From Balanoglossus misakiensis (taxonomy: Eukaryota > Animalia > Hemichordata), in contig CM082581.2 in NCBI GenBank assembly GCA_040954595.2, positions 13,341,921 to 13,405,920 of the forward strand: 64,000 nucleotides of DNA, read 5' to 3'. Position 1 is the stretch's first letter. Every line of letters begins with the position of its first letter. This document shows positions 42,034 through 55,177 of this stretch, piece by piece. A program made the position numbers and the translations under genes. Under the pieces are notes generated by a model, which worked only from the letters and a program-made list of their open reading frames with translations, did not search any database and was not told the origin of the DNA.

Positions 42034-44086
42034 TGATGTCTGCAGGGTTTTGCTAAATCATGTGTGCTGTGCATGCATTATTTATATCACCAAGCTCATC
42101 ATGAGTTCAATTATGCTTAGATAATTTACATCATGCCATAAAGAACATTTCAGTCAGTATTATAAATGTTTCTCATGTCAGTATTTTCAAAATATTTCTT
42201 CCGATAATTAACTCTGCTGTTGGCACAAAAAAGACCTTAAGAAATTTTATAAACTTATACTTTGAATTTGTTCTCTGAAGGAAATAATTTACAGTTTACA
42301 AAAACTTTGTTTTCAATACTCAAGAGATGAATTATATTAGAAAGTAAGTTAAAGAAAAAAGTCTGAACCATTTAAAAAAATGATACAATTATTGTGTAGA
42401 TCTTCCGTACATCAAACCATTGTCAGTTTCATAGCCATACATTGTCACCATATAGCAGTAATCACATGATTTCACATCATTGCTTTGTTGTTAAAGAGAA
42501 TGAAGATTCTGCTGTTACAAAGTTTACCTATTTAATGTTTGCACAGAAAAACACTAATTTTGATAGGGTGCTTTCAGGCTTGCAAGGTGAATTCTGAGAA
42601 AATACGTCTGATGTAGCAACTGTGCAATGGTACTGCTCATTATTTACAGAGTGCAATGCAATTATATTTTTTCATCAGCGTTTGATGTCATTTAAGACAT
42701 TCTTCCAGTACAATACTGCAGTACGCCATTACTGTTTTACTTCAAGCACAATTTGCAACATACATGCACATTTAAAACCTTGTCTGGCATAAGTTGATGA
42801 GAACTTAAAACTCAAGATATCTTGGGATAAACGCAGTTACCTGGAATAGCAACCTAGAATATTTTATACATAGGCCACTCTGTCAAAGTTACATTTGGTA
42901 ACCTTGGATGGGTACAGGATGTGTTTGTAGGCATTGTTACAACTTGTGACTGCTCTTTCTGGTTTGGTGTGTTGGTTCATTTTGTCAGTGAGGGTGTCCC
43001 ATGGACCTAAATGGTAGTGTTTGGTAAGATTAGCTGTGTGTAAAATTGTTGTATCAAAGAGTGCTAGTTTACGAGTTGTGGAAGTTGTTGCGGTTAATAT
43101 TGTGAGGGACAGGGTGATACGGCAAAGTGACGAAGGGCAGGAATTTCGATGGTGTATTTTGTTGTTGTTTTTTGGATGTCAATCTTCTGTCAGTTAATCC
43201 AGGATCCAGGATTGTGTAATCAGTATTTGCCTTTCCATCACCATAGCTTGGTCCAAATCCACTGTTTTCTATGGTAAAGTTTGACCCCTCTATACAAGGA
43301 AATAGGGAGGAAGGCGTACATGTATTTGCGGTTACCTTCAGATTGTGTTTCAGTTTAGGACCAAAGCTAATGCTTCATTTGGGCTGGTGTTTCTTTTTGT
43401 GTGAGTTCAGCTGGGTTTTAAATTTTTGTCTTTTAATGGGTTCAGTCACCATGAGTTTGTTCAACTCTTGAGTGTCAGGTCTTTACAGTTCTACCTCTGT
43501 TATAGCAATGCAATATTTTCTTTTTTACTTTCTACAAGTTGACAACTCCTTTGAATTAATTTTATTGGTGCTCACTTTACAACTCATGCAGGACTCAAAG
43601 GGTGATTGACTGTGAAATATTTTTTAATCCACAACTTCTGGGGCACACTGCCAGCTTATTTTACTTGTAATGCAATGCAATTTTAAAATGCAAGAGGTGC
43701 TTATTGGTCAGCCCCATTTTAAACAAATACGCACAGTTGATGGCACAGAATATGAATACAGAAGAAAAACAAATAATCACAAAGTATAAATAGTAGAATT
43801 TCTCCAGAAATATTGCACTTCAATAAGGAAGCATGGGCAACAATTGTAATATAAAGGCAATTTATTAACAAGACTTCATAATATATTTTATTCTATCATA
43901 CTGCTGTAATTTTCATCCATTAATCAGCAATTTGCAGTAATATGTTATGGAAATCCTACTTATATGCTTTCTTTCATGGACAAAATAACTGTACATATAG
44001 TTTTATAAAAGGAAACTGTTCCATGTTGACATTCTAAGGACCTGTAAATATGTTCTATTTTTGTTCATTCTGTGATCAGATTTACT

Positions 44087-44092
44087 AATAAA
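44087..44092 (+). terminator. Probable proximal polyadenylation signal of prominin (short isoform)
   Basis: AATAAA about 2 kb after the 42033 stop, followed by T/GT-rich sequence and upstream of the cassette-exon array. Confidence 0.5.
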
Positions 44093-44853
44093 ACATGACT
44101 AAAACCCATGTGTATGTCTGATTCATATTTAATCTCATAGTGCTCTTGTTTCTGTAAAATTGCTTATTCATTTGTTAAAAGTAATGTGTTGCTTTTGTCT
44201 TGCCATAAAAAAGTAGGATTTCCATATTTCTGCATTTTGTTATGTTTTTAGTTGCTAAGGTGAATCTCTTTTGGGTGATGATTTCATTTCTGAAGTTTAT
44301 TTAACTTTTATTAGTTTGCACTGTAACCTTATTCTGCTGTAGAGTTATGGTTAATCAAATCTTTGTTTTGCATCCTCCACGAAATTTTCATGGCAGGCAG
44401 TAGAAGCAGTTTCAGAACCCTCAAGGAAGGATTGAAACTCAACATACTTGCTTGATTTGATTTGTGCATGATTATTGACAAGGGTGCAAAACCGAGAACT
44501 TTAAAATTATTTCTTTGGCAGAATTCTTTTACTTGTAGTGAGCAAGCTATCAAATGATAAAGCCAATTTTGTTTTTTCAAATTGCACCCATCACTTATGG
44601 CATATCATCTTCGCAAATTGTGAAAAAAAACATTCATCACTCCATGAAAGAATTTTCAGAGAAAATCTATATGCCACTTGAATCGTGATAGTGTTTTTTG
44701 TGTGTATCTTGGTAATTATAATCAAAATCGTGAACAGACAAATTCATGCCACATTCCATCCGATGTCATTGTGCATCACTTTATTTCCACCCCAAAAATT
44801 CACTGCAAAATTCATTTTTGTTGAGTCATATGCTTATTGAAATCATGTTGCAG

Positions 44854-47800
44854 AAGATTCACATTCAGGCAATCGTCGAAGAACCAACCATCCACGCTAT
44901 GATGCAGGTTAGCCGTGATTTGTGTGAGGTGTTCAACTCATCATAACCATCAGAATAAACTGCCTGGTTAAATGATCATAATAGTGATAGTAAAATGAGT
45001 TTAACTGTACTGGTAACTCTATTCTTCGGAAAACGTAAGGTGAAAGGTCACTAGTCAAAACTCAAGCATGATTGAAGTTAGAAACCATCCATTCTCGTGT
45101 CATGGTGGTGTTTAAGGTGTTATATTATTACATTGCATTACAGGGAACTCTATGTCAAACCTATCTTCACCCAGACGCACAGATCATCTTGAATATGGCT
45201 ATGCAGGTCAGCTGGGTTACATATTGTGTGAAACAATGATAGCTGTCGGAAACTTTAGTGATTCAAAGCCATTTTAGTCAATATTTCATCCCAACTCTGG
45301 TGTGGTAAACAGTGTACTCGTACATGCCATTATGTACTGTATATTTTTAATGAACAGTTTCTTCAAACCCACTCGCCACAGAAGTTTTCCCAACCCTAAA
45401 TTGGTGCTACTTAATATTCAGTAATGGAAACTTTTTCATTGACTTCTCTATAAATGTTGATGTCATATATTCTCTCGCATTTTGCTCCTAGACAGTGGAC
45501 ACAATATAAAGTTCTCATCTTCTACTTTTCTAGCATTAATTAATACATCCTTTTTCTGATGCACAGATCTAACAACATTCAGCAGTAATTCTTCTTTCCT
45601 GTCAACCTGAAACATCACCCTCCCCCCTCTCCCCCTCTCTCCTAGCGGTTCCTTGTGTGTTCCTTTAACCCTCAGCTTCTCTGTCACCTGGTAATGTCAT
45701 GTGGATCACACTGTCTTCTTTTCTTTAACAGACACTAATCAACTGATACAAGGCCAGAGTCAGGGAGCTGCCGCGGCCGGGGCTGTTAACTACAATTACA
45801 ACAGTGGCCCTAAAACTAACCCTCACTACATTCATGGTAGGTATCTGTGTACTACAAACTGGCTTTCCCTTTATTTCCTGTGTGTAAGCCTCATATCTGT
45901 TCTTCCCTCACTCAATACAGCAGTTTCACCCCTGTGTCCTCGTATCTGGGCCTGGCATCACCACTGCAAACAATGTGTATGGACTAAACCATGGCTGTTA
46001 AAGAGGTGATATAGTACACACCATGAAGATGACAGTTGTCACTTGTACTGTTGAGAAAAAAAGACAGCCATTTTGAAGTTTTCTTCAAAGCCAGGTTCAG
46101 TCAGCACGTGAATGTGAAACTTGTTATTTTTGATGAAGCATTCTGAAAATAAGTGAGCTCTATCACACCTTGATGTATTCTATATTATTTTACAGATGAT
46201 CCCATCATGGCATACGACAACCCCAGGGGTGGTCGACCCCCACCCTACAATGGTGAGACCCCATTTGTATCGCCTAGTAATTACTTTTGATGAGATTCTT
46301 CCTGTAAGATGTCATGCTTGGTCTAGACTATGCTGGTCATATCTTCTTACTCTTTTCTTTTTTTACGATTTCTGATGATTGTTCTGGTTGTAAAGATTTC
46401 TTTTGTTTCACTAATTAACAATTTTAAAGGTGTGCAATTTTCTAATATTACGAAATGTGTGGACTGTTTTATTCTTCGTTGTTACATTTTAAAATCCTGT
46501 CAGAGGCTGAGTTGGAGCAATCGGTGTGTCAGTTTGTTGATGGTAGGTCTTGCCCTGACTCGCAATTAATAACACTTTGACCACTGCAGCTGTGGTCAAG
46601 TCTAACTATTTGCAAGTAGAAATAGGTTTTCACCAAAAAGTAGATTCTGAAATTTATGAAAATTGGGGTAGTTCCATAACTGACATCACCTTCTCCAATA
46701 ATGAATATTTGAGGTTAAAATCCATACTTGCTTCCTGTTCAAAAGAAAACAAAGTTGTATGCTACAAGTGTTGCGTGTAAATAGTGTTGGGTTTTGCAAA
46801 TCATTTGTCTTCACTAAGACCCAACACTTATAATGTGAGAAAAGGGAAAATGACACTCTCAAACAAAGATCAGTATATGTTTTTCTGGTTAAAATTGGAT
46901 CACACATTCTGTAAATTAGCTATTTTTCTAATCAAAGAGTTTCTAGTTAGAATTAGAATTTGTTGTTTCTTAAATGAAACTGATTTAGTCATTTATACAC
47001 AGATTTGACAAAATTTATAATAGACAAAATTTGCACTGTAACATCATAAATCTCTGATTAAAGGCTGGGCCAAAATAGTCAATATACATGGTATTATGGG
47101 ATCATATAAGAAACGCTATTAAACTACAGAATCTAATGAAAGCATTCTGCTTAATATTTGAGACACCGGCATTGACAAAAGCAGGGGCATTTAGTTGTTT
47201 AGACACCAATATGTGTTGAAATGAACCAAGCTACTTGTTATTGCTGAAATGTTACATTAAATATTGGAACCAAAGTGCTTGAAAAAAAGAAACATAATTT
47301 GAAAAATCTAAGCAAAACAAGATGATCCATAATTTAGGGCTTACCAGAGTACTATTTTCAACTTAAAGGCATATGTATGTAAATGAAAATGTTCATATAT
47401 ATTTATACAACTGTGTGACTCAATTCATATATTTGAATATTGTAAATGATCTGGTCCGTTTCTGGTATAGATTTATGGCCTTCAAGTGAGATATTTCTAG
47501 CCCAATAAAGGAAAGAATTTTCGGGGTAAATTCTACTTGCTGTCTTCCTGAAAACAGTATTGTGTGGAAAGAGTGCGAAAAGGTGTGATCGCTTCAAAAT
47601 TTCCAAATTCAGGGTTTATAGTATCACATTCCACACAGCAAAGCAATAACAGATAGATCAGCTTCTGTCAGTTTTGAATTGCTACGACTAGTCTGAGAGA
47701 TCACCACCACTGCGATGGCAGACTTTTTTCCCTGTGGGTAGGAATACCTCATTGAAGACCCAGTGTTTTAGTATCCGACAGTGTTACAGTTTTTTCCTCT

Positions 47801-50800
47801 ATAGAGTTAGATATTGATAAATGGAAAGAGTCTTTTACTTCAAAAGGAATAAACTTCAAATTGTACATAACCAGCTTTCGATTGGCTATCATGTGTTTTC
47901 CATCGTGCGTGTCACATGGATCATTTTGTGGGGAACATGGATCATTGGGTTGGTGACTGTGTCTTGTTTCCGTTTGTCTGATGTTTGTCATTCCTCGCCT
48001 TCATAATCATGTTTTGGTTTTCATTCCATATAGATCCTCGCCAGTACAACGGAGTGCCGGCAGCCTACCAGTTTAGGCCACTACCGGAAGCACCTCACGG
48101 TATTTGAGTTTGTTGTATTGAAATCATACATTCTCTCCCGTCACCTCTGCTTTTCTTCTTTTTTTTCTAGCTACTGTAACAGACTCTGGTGGATTGGGTT
48201 CTGGGTTTCTCACTACTTAGCTAACACATTGAGACTTTGCAATAAAAATGAAGTCGATCTTGAAAGTTGATCAGAGAGTTTCTGTCGAACAAACTTCAAG
48301 TTGAGACAGAAAGTACAAAGAGTAAAAGCAGTGCGCATGATGACCAATATTTGAAGATGAAATTTACGGACAAGTTGTGCTGTCATAATCAGCGGTTCAT
48401 AGCACATTTCAGAAAGCAAATTAACACAAAAAAATACCAATGAGACCAAAACTACCTTGAGATCAAAACTTTAATCAAATCATTGTCAAATGGTGGTCAA
48501 CTTGCAGCATCATTTCAAATGCAGTCACAAGTCTCAATGTCACCTTGCAAGGATAAATGAAATTGCGACTAACACTTCTCTGCACAGGATACTAACACAC
48601 AAGGCCATGCATCTTTAATACCTGCCAGTATCCTGTTCATCTCTTCTCGGTGTGATATTAACACTTGACTTCTCTGATTGTTTGTGTGTTTATTTCAGAC
48701 AGACATGTCAAGATTGACATTACTGAGTAGGCAAAGCATAGCCTCAAAACAGAGCATATTGATCGTATACCAAGTTCAACCCATTGGGATGATGGCTATA
48801 TTTGATACATTTACCTAAATTGGCATTTGCTTTTCTTGCTCAGAAATGTTAAAATTGACATCAGATTGTCTCAGTCAAAGCAGTTGTTGTACCATTGTGT
48901 TCAACTGCAGTGATGGACCTTTATATGTCAGGGAAATGGGGGGTGAAAGGGTTCAAAATATTGCTTCACTTGCATACCAGTTGACTGTTCTGCTGACAGC
49001 TTTTACTTTCCTCCTCTCCAAGTGAAACCAACGCTTTACTTTTTAGGTGATAATTCCTGTCCATCTCCTGGCTGTCCTGCTGCAGTGTGTGTTTAAACAC
49101 TATTCTTTTTCCATGTGACTTTTGCAGACGTACATTTGTTTATCTATTAACTTTACTTTCTTCTTCACTTGGTACTCCAACCTTATGCTGTAAAAGTGGC
49201 ACCCCACCTTGTAAAATAGCTTTTGTCAATGTTATGCTGTTCTTGCATAATTTGATGTGGAAAAGAGCAATCATTATCAAACCCTTCCATGTGAGTTAAC
49301 GAATTTTACAAGACAGGAGCACCACTTTCAGTACACTTGATGTCAATAATCCCTTTACTTAGTTACCAACTTTTTTCTCAGTTGTCAACATAACAGCAGA
49401 TGAGAGCTGGCTAACTCAACACAAATCTTAAGCGACTGAATGGACAACTTGCATACACTCTTCCTTTCATTCTAGTCTAACCTGCGCTCTTTCCTTCATA
49501 GGTGAAGGTTCCTTTCTTACAGGCGTAATTAGTTGTGGTAGTGGTAGTACACACAGCTTGCTGACTGACCTGTGATAATGTGCCAAAATCTTGGACATTA
49601 CCATAACCATAACCATACTTTGAAGAAGATATTATTGCAAAGATTCAATTTGGCTTGTGATATTGGACATGAACATATTCTACCTAATAGTGCTGTAATA
49701 ACATTTCTTACAAATTTGACAATCTGTAAAGAGTACCATATATTAACAAATGCAGTGCAACAGTTCTCAATGCAGTAATGATCAACAACACTCAAGGTCA
49801 TACTGGTGTTTTGCATGCCAAGTCTGGCCTCCAATTTGCATATTAATGTGCTAACATCTGCTCTCCTTACTAATCTTGCTAATCTTGATCTGTTGTTCAG
49901 GCTTCCTGGCATGTAGTTTTCTTTAGGCTCTCTGTGGTTCAGAAGAAGTCTCTCCTAAGATTGCAACAGGTATCATCATGCTCATTGTTGTCCATAAGCA
50001 TTGCATGCCCATTTTCCATTTTATTTTCATGACAGCCAACACCAGAATCTCATCCCAACATCAGACACGCACATCACAGCATGAATCACGTTCATCACAA
50101 CATCCGAAACACAAGAAGAAGTCCTCTGCATCCAAGTCCCGTACAAAACACCGCGAGAGCAGCAAGCAGCATGTTGACCACTATCCCAAGCAGAAATATC
50201 CCAGCAAGCCTGTTGGTAACTATAGTGACCAACGCAGTAGTTTCAGTGGCAGCTACATGTACCCCAGCAATCAGTTCAGTGGGCAGCGCAGTAGTCAATA
50301 TGGCCGCCAGGGCAGCGGTTACTATGACTACCCCCAGGGGATGGACTATGGCTACCAGCGCAGCAGCAGTTATCAACCAGACGGGGAGGATTACCTCATG
50401 CCACACGAAACACCACAAATTAATTATTTCAATGACCTGTACCGCCATGGTCCCAAGGGTAACTAAATCATTTTCCATATTTCGTCAGTGCGTGTGATTT
50501 TGTGTTGCAATCAATGTGCACTGTTCGTCAGAAACGGTTCATCCACCAACAGAACTTTGCCTGTCGTGTTTCATTTTCATGCAGCCATCATCATTTTGTG
50601 TGTCATCCTCTCCAATAAATATGCAACTGCATGCAAAAGGAAATTTTACTAATTGCATGACAGGAATGCTTGTTACAAAGTTCATGGGAATAATGCACAA
50701 TGCTGTGTGAGGTTTTTTTGACAGTCCATATTTAGATGTGAAAATCCCAGTAATGTAGTGTCTGCTACTAGTAGTTGCTTTTCTGATGGTATGACTTGTG

Positions 50801-51235
50801 TTTAAGCAGTTGTTACCCCCTTATCCTCAATGGTTCAACCCTGTTGTTTTTAATGGTTCAATTGGACCGGTCTACTGTAAAGTAGGGGAGGGGTGAAATG
50901 AAGTTTATAATAACATTGCCTTGCTAGTTTGGTTTTAGTTTTCTAGGAGTGTATGCGATAAGACGCACCTGAAAACAGTATTTAAGATGCTTTCTTTCTA
51001 GTTTGTTAAATCGCTTCAGATGTCATCACAGAATGTGCTGAATATGTAAGAATTTGAGATATGGTCAGCAGCATGCACTCACTCACAGACTGCTATTCTG
51101 TTCCTTTCAGGGAAATCAAGATATGAAGCTCCCAACAGTGGAAGCAACTGGTCTTTCGGCAGCGAACCTCAGCAGGGACGTCAGGCAACTGCTAATTCAA
51201 CCTCATTCACTCAAGATGTTAACCACCTGTATTGA
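44854..51235 (+). CDS. PROM1: Alternative C-terminal coding exons of prominin (long cytoplasmic tail)
   Basis: Entered from an internal phase-1 donor at 41848|41849. Phase 1-1 exons: 44854..44907, 45144..45206, 45732..45836, 46196..46252, 48034..48099, possibly 49023..49046, and 50036..50458. Last exon 51111..51235. Candidate alternative last exons: 48699..48730, 49502..49575, 49901..49926. All have AG acceptors, the internal ones have GT donors, and all keep the prominin frame. Confidence 0.7.
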
Positions 51236-51661
51236 AAATGATCATACAACTCCCCTTTTTCTCTCAATAATGTTGTAATTGTAATCATAATGTTTTTAGA
51301 CGAGAAGTGGGCTTCACTGATCAAAGCTAGGTTTCCATGCAGCTTCCAGGGGTAATTTACCGTGTTTTAATTTATCTCAGGTGTTTGGGTTTCATGGAAG
51401 TGATGTTCTGCGTGCAGAGACCTTAGACTTGATTCCGAGAGTGGATGCCAAAACATGCTGCATTGTGGGTTGTTGAAACACTGGTCATCATGTACCAGGG
51501 TAGATTCAACTTCAAAGTACATGTACATGTACTTCACTGAGATAATTTTTCTATGCAAACACAACATATCATATTTAGTTATTTGCAATATCTACCAGCA
51601 GGGCCAAGAGCAATGTACTGAAGACCAGCAATTAAGTATCAACCACTGAGTCAACTTAGCA

Positions 51662-51754
51662 TTAACCCTTTCACCACCATGGTTCAGTCCAAACCCATTG
51701 TTTTCTGTGGCAAAGTTGGAACTCTAAAGAGGGAACTGGGGGTGAAAGGGTTAA
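51662..51754. mobile_element. piggyBac-type MITE (~90 bp), TTAA-flanked, in the prominin 3' UTR
   Basis: TTAA|CCCTTTCACC ... GGTGAAAGGG|TTAA. Degenerate relatives at ~32569-32662, ~43229-43310, ~48890-48955 and ~50812-50900. Confidence 0.75.
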
Positions 51755-52816
51755 AGGTTAAACTCTGTCATGACAAAAGATGACAGTAATCAATTTATAT
51801 GCCTTAAAAGTGGCAAGTTATGCAAATCATTTTTGTCTTCCGGTATTTTAATGAAATATATATGCATATCTTACTTGCAGTGTCTACCCAACATGGAGTT
51901 GGTTTGGAACTTACACATGAATGATGTAATCTGAGCTGTAACAACCAATAACTTGACATGTTTCAGTAAAGACCAGCTACATATACATCTTCACATAAAA
52001 CAACCAAATTGCAGATTGTTTTTCTCTACTTGACACTGGAGGGTAATCTAAAGAACAACTCTTTTGGTTAAGATATTTTAATGTCTTCTAGAAAATTAAA
52101 ATAATTCGGATATATCTGATGAGGGTACAAGATTTGTCTAAAGTACAAGATTTCCTTGTATTCAGGGAGTGCAGAATTTAACCAAGGTAGCAAAATATTA
52201 ATTATAAATTTATCAGAATTCAGTCTTTAAATGGTGCTTTTTTTATGTAAATGAAAACCTGCCAATGAGATGTAATATTGCATCCATGCTGTAAAACAAC
52301 TCTTGAAGAAATGTTTAATTTTAGAAATGAAAGATACAATCTTCATTTTTTTTTATATAAAATTGATTTAATATTTCTACCATTATTATATTGTGAAATG
52401 GTCCAAAAACTAACTTGGCTGATTTCAGTGCAATGTGTTACTTTTATAAATCCCAATGTTTGTAGCTGAATTTAGCAGAGCACATAGTTAATGGCTGAAT
52501 GCAACATAAATGCAGGCCACCGATTATGAAAAAACCCATGCATATCAAAAATATTACTTATTGTATAATCTTATCTGTGGGCATAGCATTCTCCCGTTGT
52601 CAGTAAAGATATATATGCCATGGGAACTGAAGATCCTGTCACAGACTTTTCTCGTTATTGCATATTTTGTGGTGTTGGCTTTGTTTTTAACTGTGACATT
52701 TAATTTTTTGTGAAGATAACAAATTGTGAAGATACTGCATCTTGCAAGGTAGTGATGGATGTCGATGCATTGTGTCATGTATTTAATTAATTAGAACGTC
52801 ATCTATGTAAACTTGT

Positions 52817-52822
52817 AATAAA
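52817..52822 (+). terminator. Probable distal polyadenylation signal of prominin
   Basis: AATAAA preceded by TGTA elements, at the end of a ~1.6 kb AT-rich 3' UTR after the 51235 stop. Confidence 0.55.
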
Positions 52823-53227
52823 TTTGCATTATATTCACGGTAGTAATCATTTTGAATGTGATGTCATACGACAGCAACTTATGGACAAACTGGTTGCAAC
52901 AAATCAAATTCTATCTGTTGGCACAGCGCACCCAGTGGTGGGGCAGGACATCAGATGAGGACCCAGACAGTAAACGATCGTTTTCCTTGCTATTTACCAC
53001 TGGTGGCGCTGTGGCGCGGATGGGCTTTGCAGTATTTTTGAAATTACCGTTACGCGAACACTTTACCACGGAAAAACACAAGCTGTAATCCTCCTTAAGT
53101 GCTCATGCTTTCCTTTGAAGACAAACATCACCCGTGTGATGATAACCCGGAGCTAAAATAAACGAATTGAAGATAGGCCTATATTCAATCCACAGCCGTG
53201 TACAGACAGTTTCATTGGTTGAGAGCG

Positions 53228-53560
53228 ACCAATCAATGCAAAGATCCACCAGGTGCTTTTCCACATTTGTAACCATGCTTTGGCCGCGTCACCATTTTTC
53301 CGGTGAAACCGTCGGCCGTCGTGACCGAAGAAAAACATCCAGAGGCTGACAAGCTCTAGGGTTACTACTTGTTGTTCCCGGATTTTGGAAAACTTCTCCG
53401 GGACAGTTGCAAGACTCAGTGTGGAAAGAAACTGCCAGTCCTTCAGATTCTGCCGAGAAGTCTGATCCATCAAGCAACATGTGAGCATACACCACTCTCT
53501 TTTGTTACTGATAAAGTGGCATGATTACCTTTTAATACCGTAAATACCCCATAACAAGAT
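53228..53560 (+). repeat. Diverged dispersed repeat, copy A (homologous to 63128-63503)
   Basis: Shares collinear blocks with copy B: caccaggtgct, gaaaaacatc, acttgttgttcc.ggattt, gaagtctga.ccatcaagcaaca, gtgagca, tggca.gattac, aacaagat.gc. Confidence 0.75.
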
Positions 53561-55177
53561 AGCATTATCTGTGCGATCATGACACATGTATTCCCCTAAA
53601 GAGGGCATCTTGGAGCTTTAAATTTCAGAGTAGTTTCAAATCACACCGCCAGTTTCACGGAAGGATTTATTTTATAGCCACCATGATTTGCAAACACAGA
53701 TTTCCTTGTCTCGTTTTACTCTGGAAACTCTCGGCTTTGGCGAGAACGACAAGGACACATGTGGCATGCACACCACCTCTGAGCCCAGGTGTAATGAAAT
53801 ATTATCGTTCCATCCTTTTCTGTGACATGCGCCGTTTTCATGCATCATCTTCGGCCATCTTGTCTAAATTGGACGGCCAACTCATCCACTGTCTCGGGGG
53901 AAATCAACTTTAAAAATCCCTATCGACAACGTGAGTTTTACTTCGGCTGTTAACTGCCTGTTTGTGGGCAAGCGTCCAAAGAGATTATGGAAAAATACAG
54001 AATTTGACAGTCAGGTGCAATAAAATCCCACGACTTCTCAATAAAGAGCCTACACTTTGGAAAATATTCAGTTAAGGCTTTGAGGTATCTCGAGTGATCA
54101 GAAAAAAAAAGAAAACACCGATCTTGTTCATAATTATTCTTGACAGCACAAAATAAATTGTCATCGATAAGAACTCATCAATCTCACTATTTATGGCATT
54201 TTAAAAATCACTCGGGATGTATTAGAAAGGAAGAACCCACTTGTAAAACAAACGTCATAATCTTAAACAACGTCGAAACGTACCAAATTCGTTAGTATGT
54301 TTGACTGAGCCGCATATGAAGGACACGATCTCAAAGGGACGATGTAATCTCATCCATTAATACTGTATTTTAAATTCTATAACATCGTCGAATATGCTAG
54401 TGTCATTTGTCTTATTCAACCTGACACGAATGGCCGTTCGCTCAACGAATTGATGAGGACTCATAGGTATCCCAACCCTCCCGACAATAAGCAGCATTTT
54501 CCAGCCAAAACCTTTGTCAGGTTTCGCAAACTTCCTTTGAAATGTTTATATTTGAATCGTCCGGTATGGAAGGGGTGTGCGAAGATGCACAGGTTTTATC
54601 GGCTCCCGTGGTTTGAAGCCTACGTAGTACCGGTGTCTGTCTGTCTGCCAGTTTCTGTCTGTCTGTGTCAGGATTTTGGAGTTTGACCGTCTTAATTGTT
54701 TTTCGCTTTCACGAATCCTCGTGGTGTGTACGAAAAGAAGACACCGATGCGTACTATTGGATTGTGACTTTCTTGGGAGAAATCGTTTACTCAACTCACG
54801 TACATGTATCTAACGCACAAGAGTGCATGTGGTTTGAACAATAAATCCCGCCATTTTGTGTCCCGATAGAGAAGTGACCCCACGGCGGTTGTGCTCACGT
54901 ACAATTCAGTGAAATTTAATCAACGACTTAAATACAGTATGTTCACCACATTAATCCCCACAGACTTGAAAGCCGCTTGCGGCACCAACACAAACGTCAT
55001 CATTACCACCCCGAAACTATGTACAGAAGAGTAATACATTAAGTCCAAGTCAACGTCAAAAATGTAGAAGAATGTCACACAAAATTAAAACTGTGCAAAT
55101 AAACATAGTGAGTTTTAACTTTTCAAAATATTTCTCTGTGGTCGAATAATATTTTTTTTCTGGATTCATGACAAACG

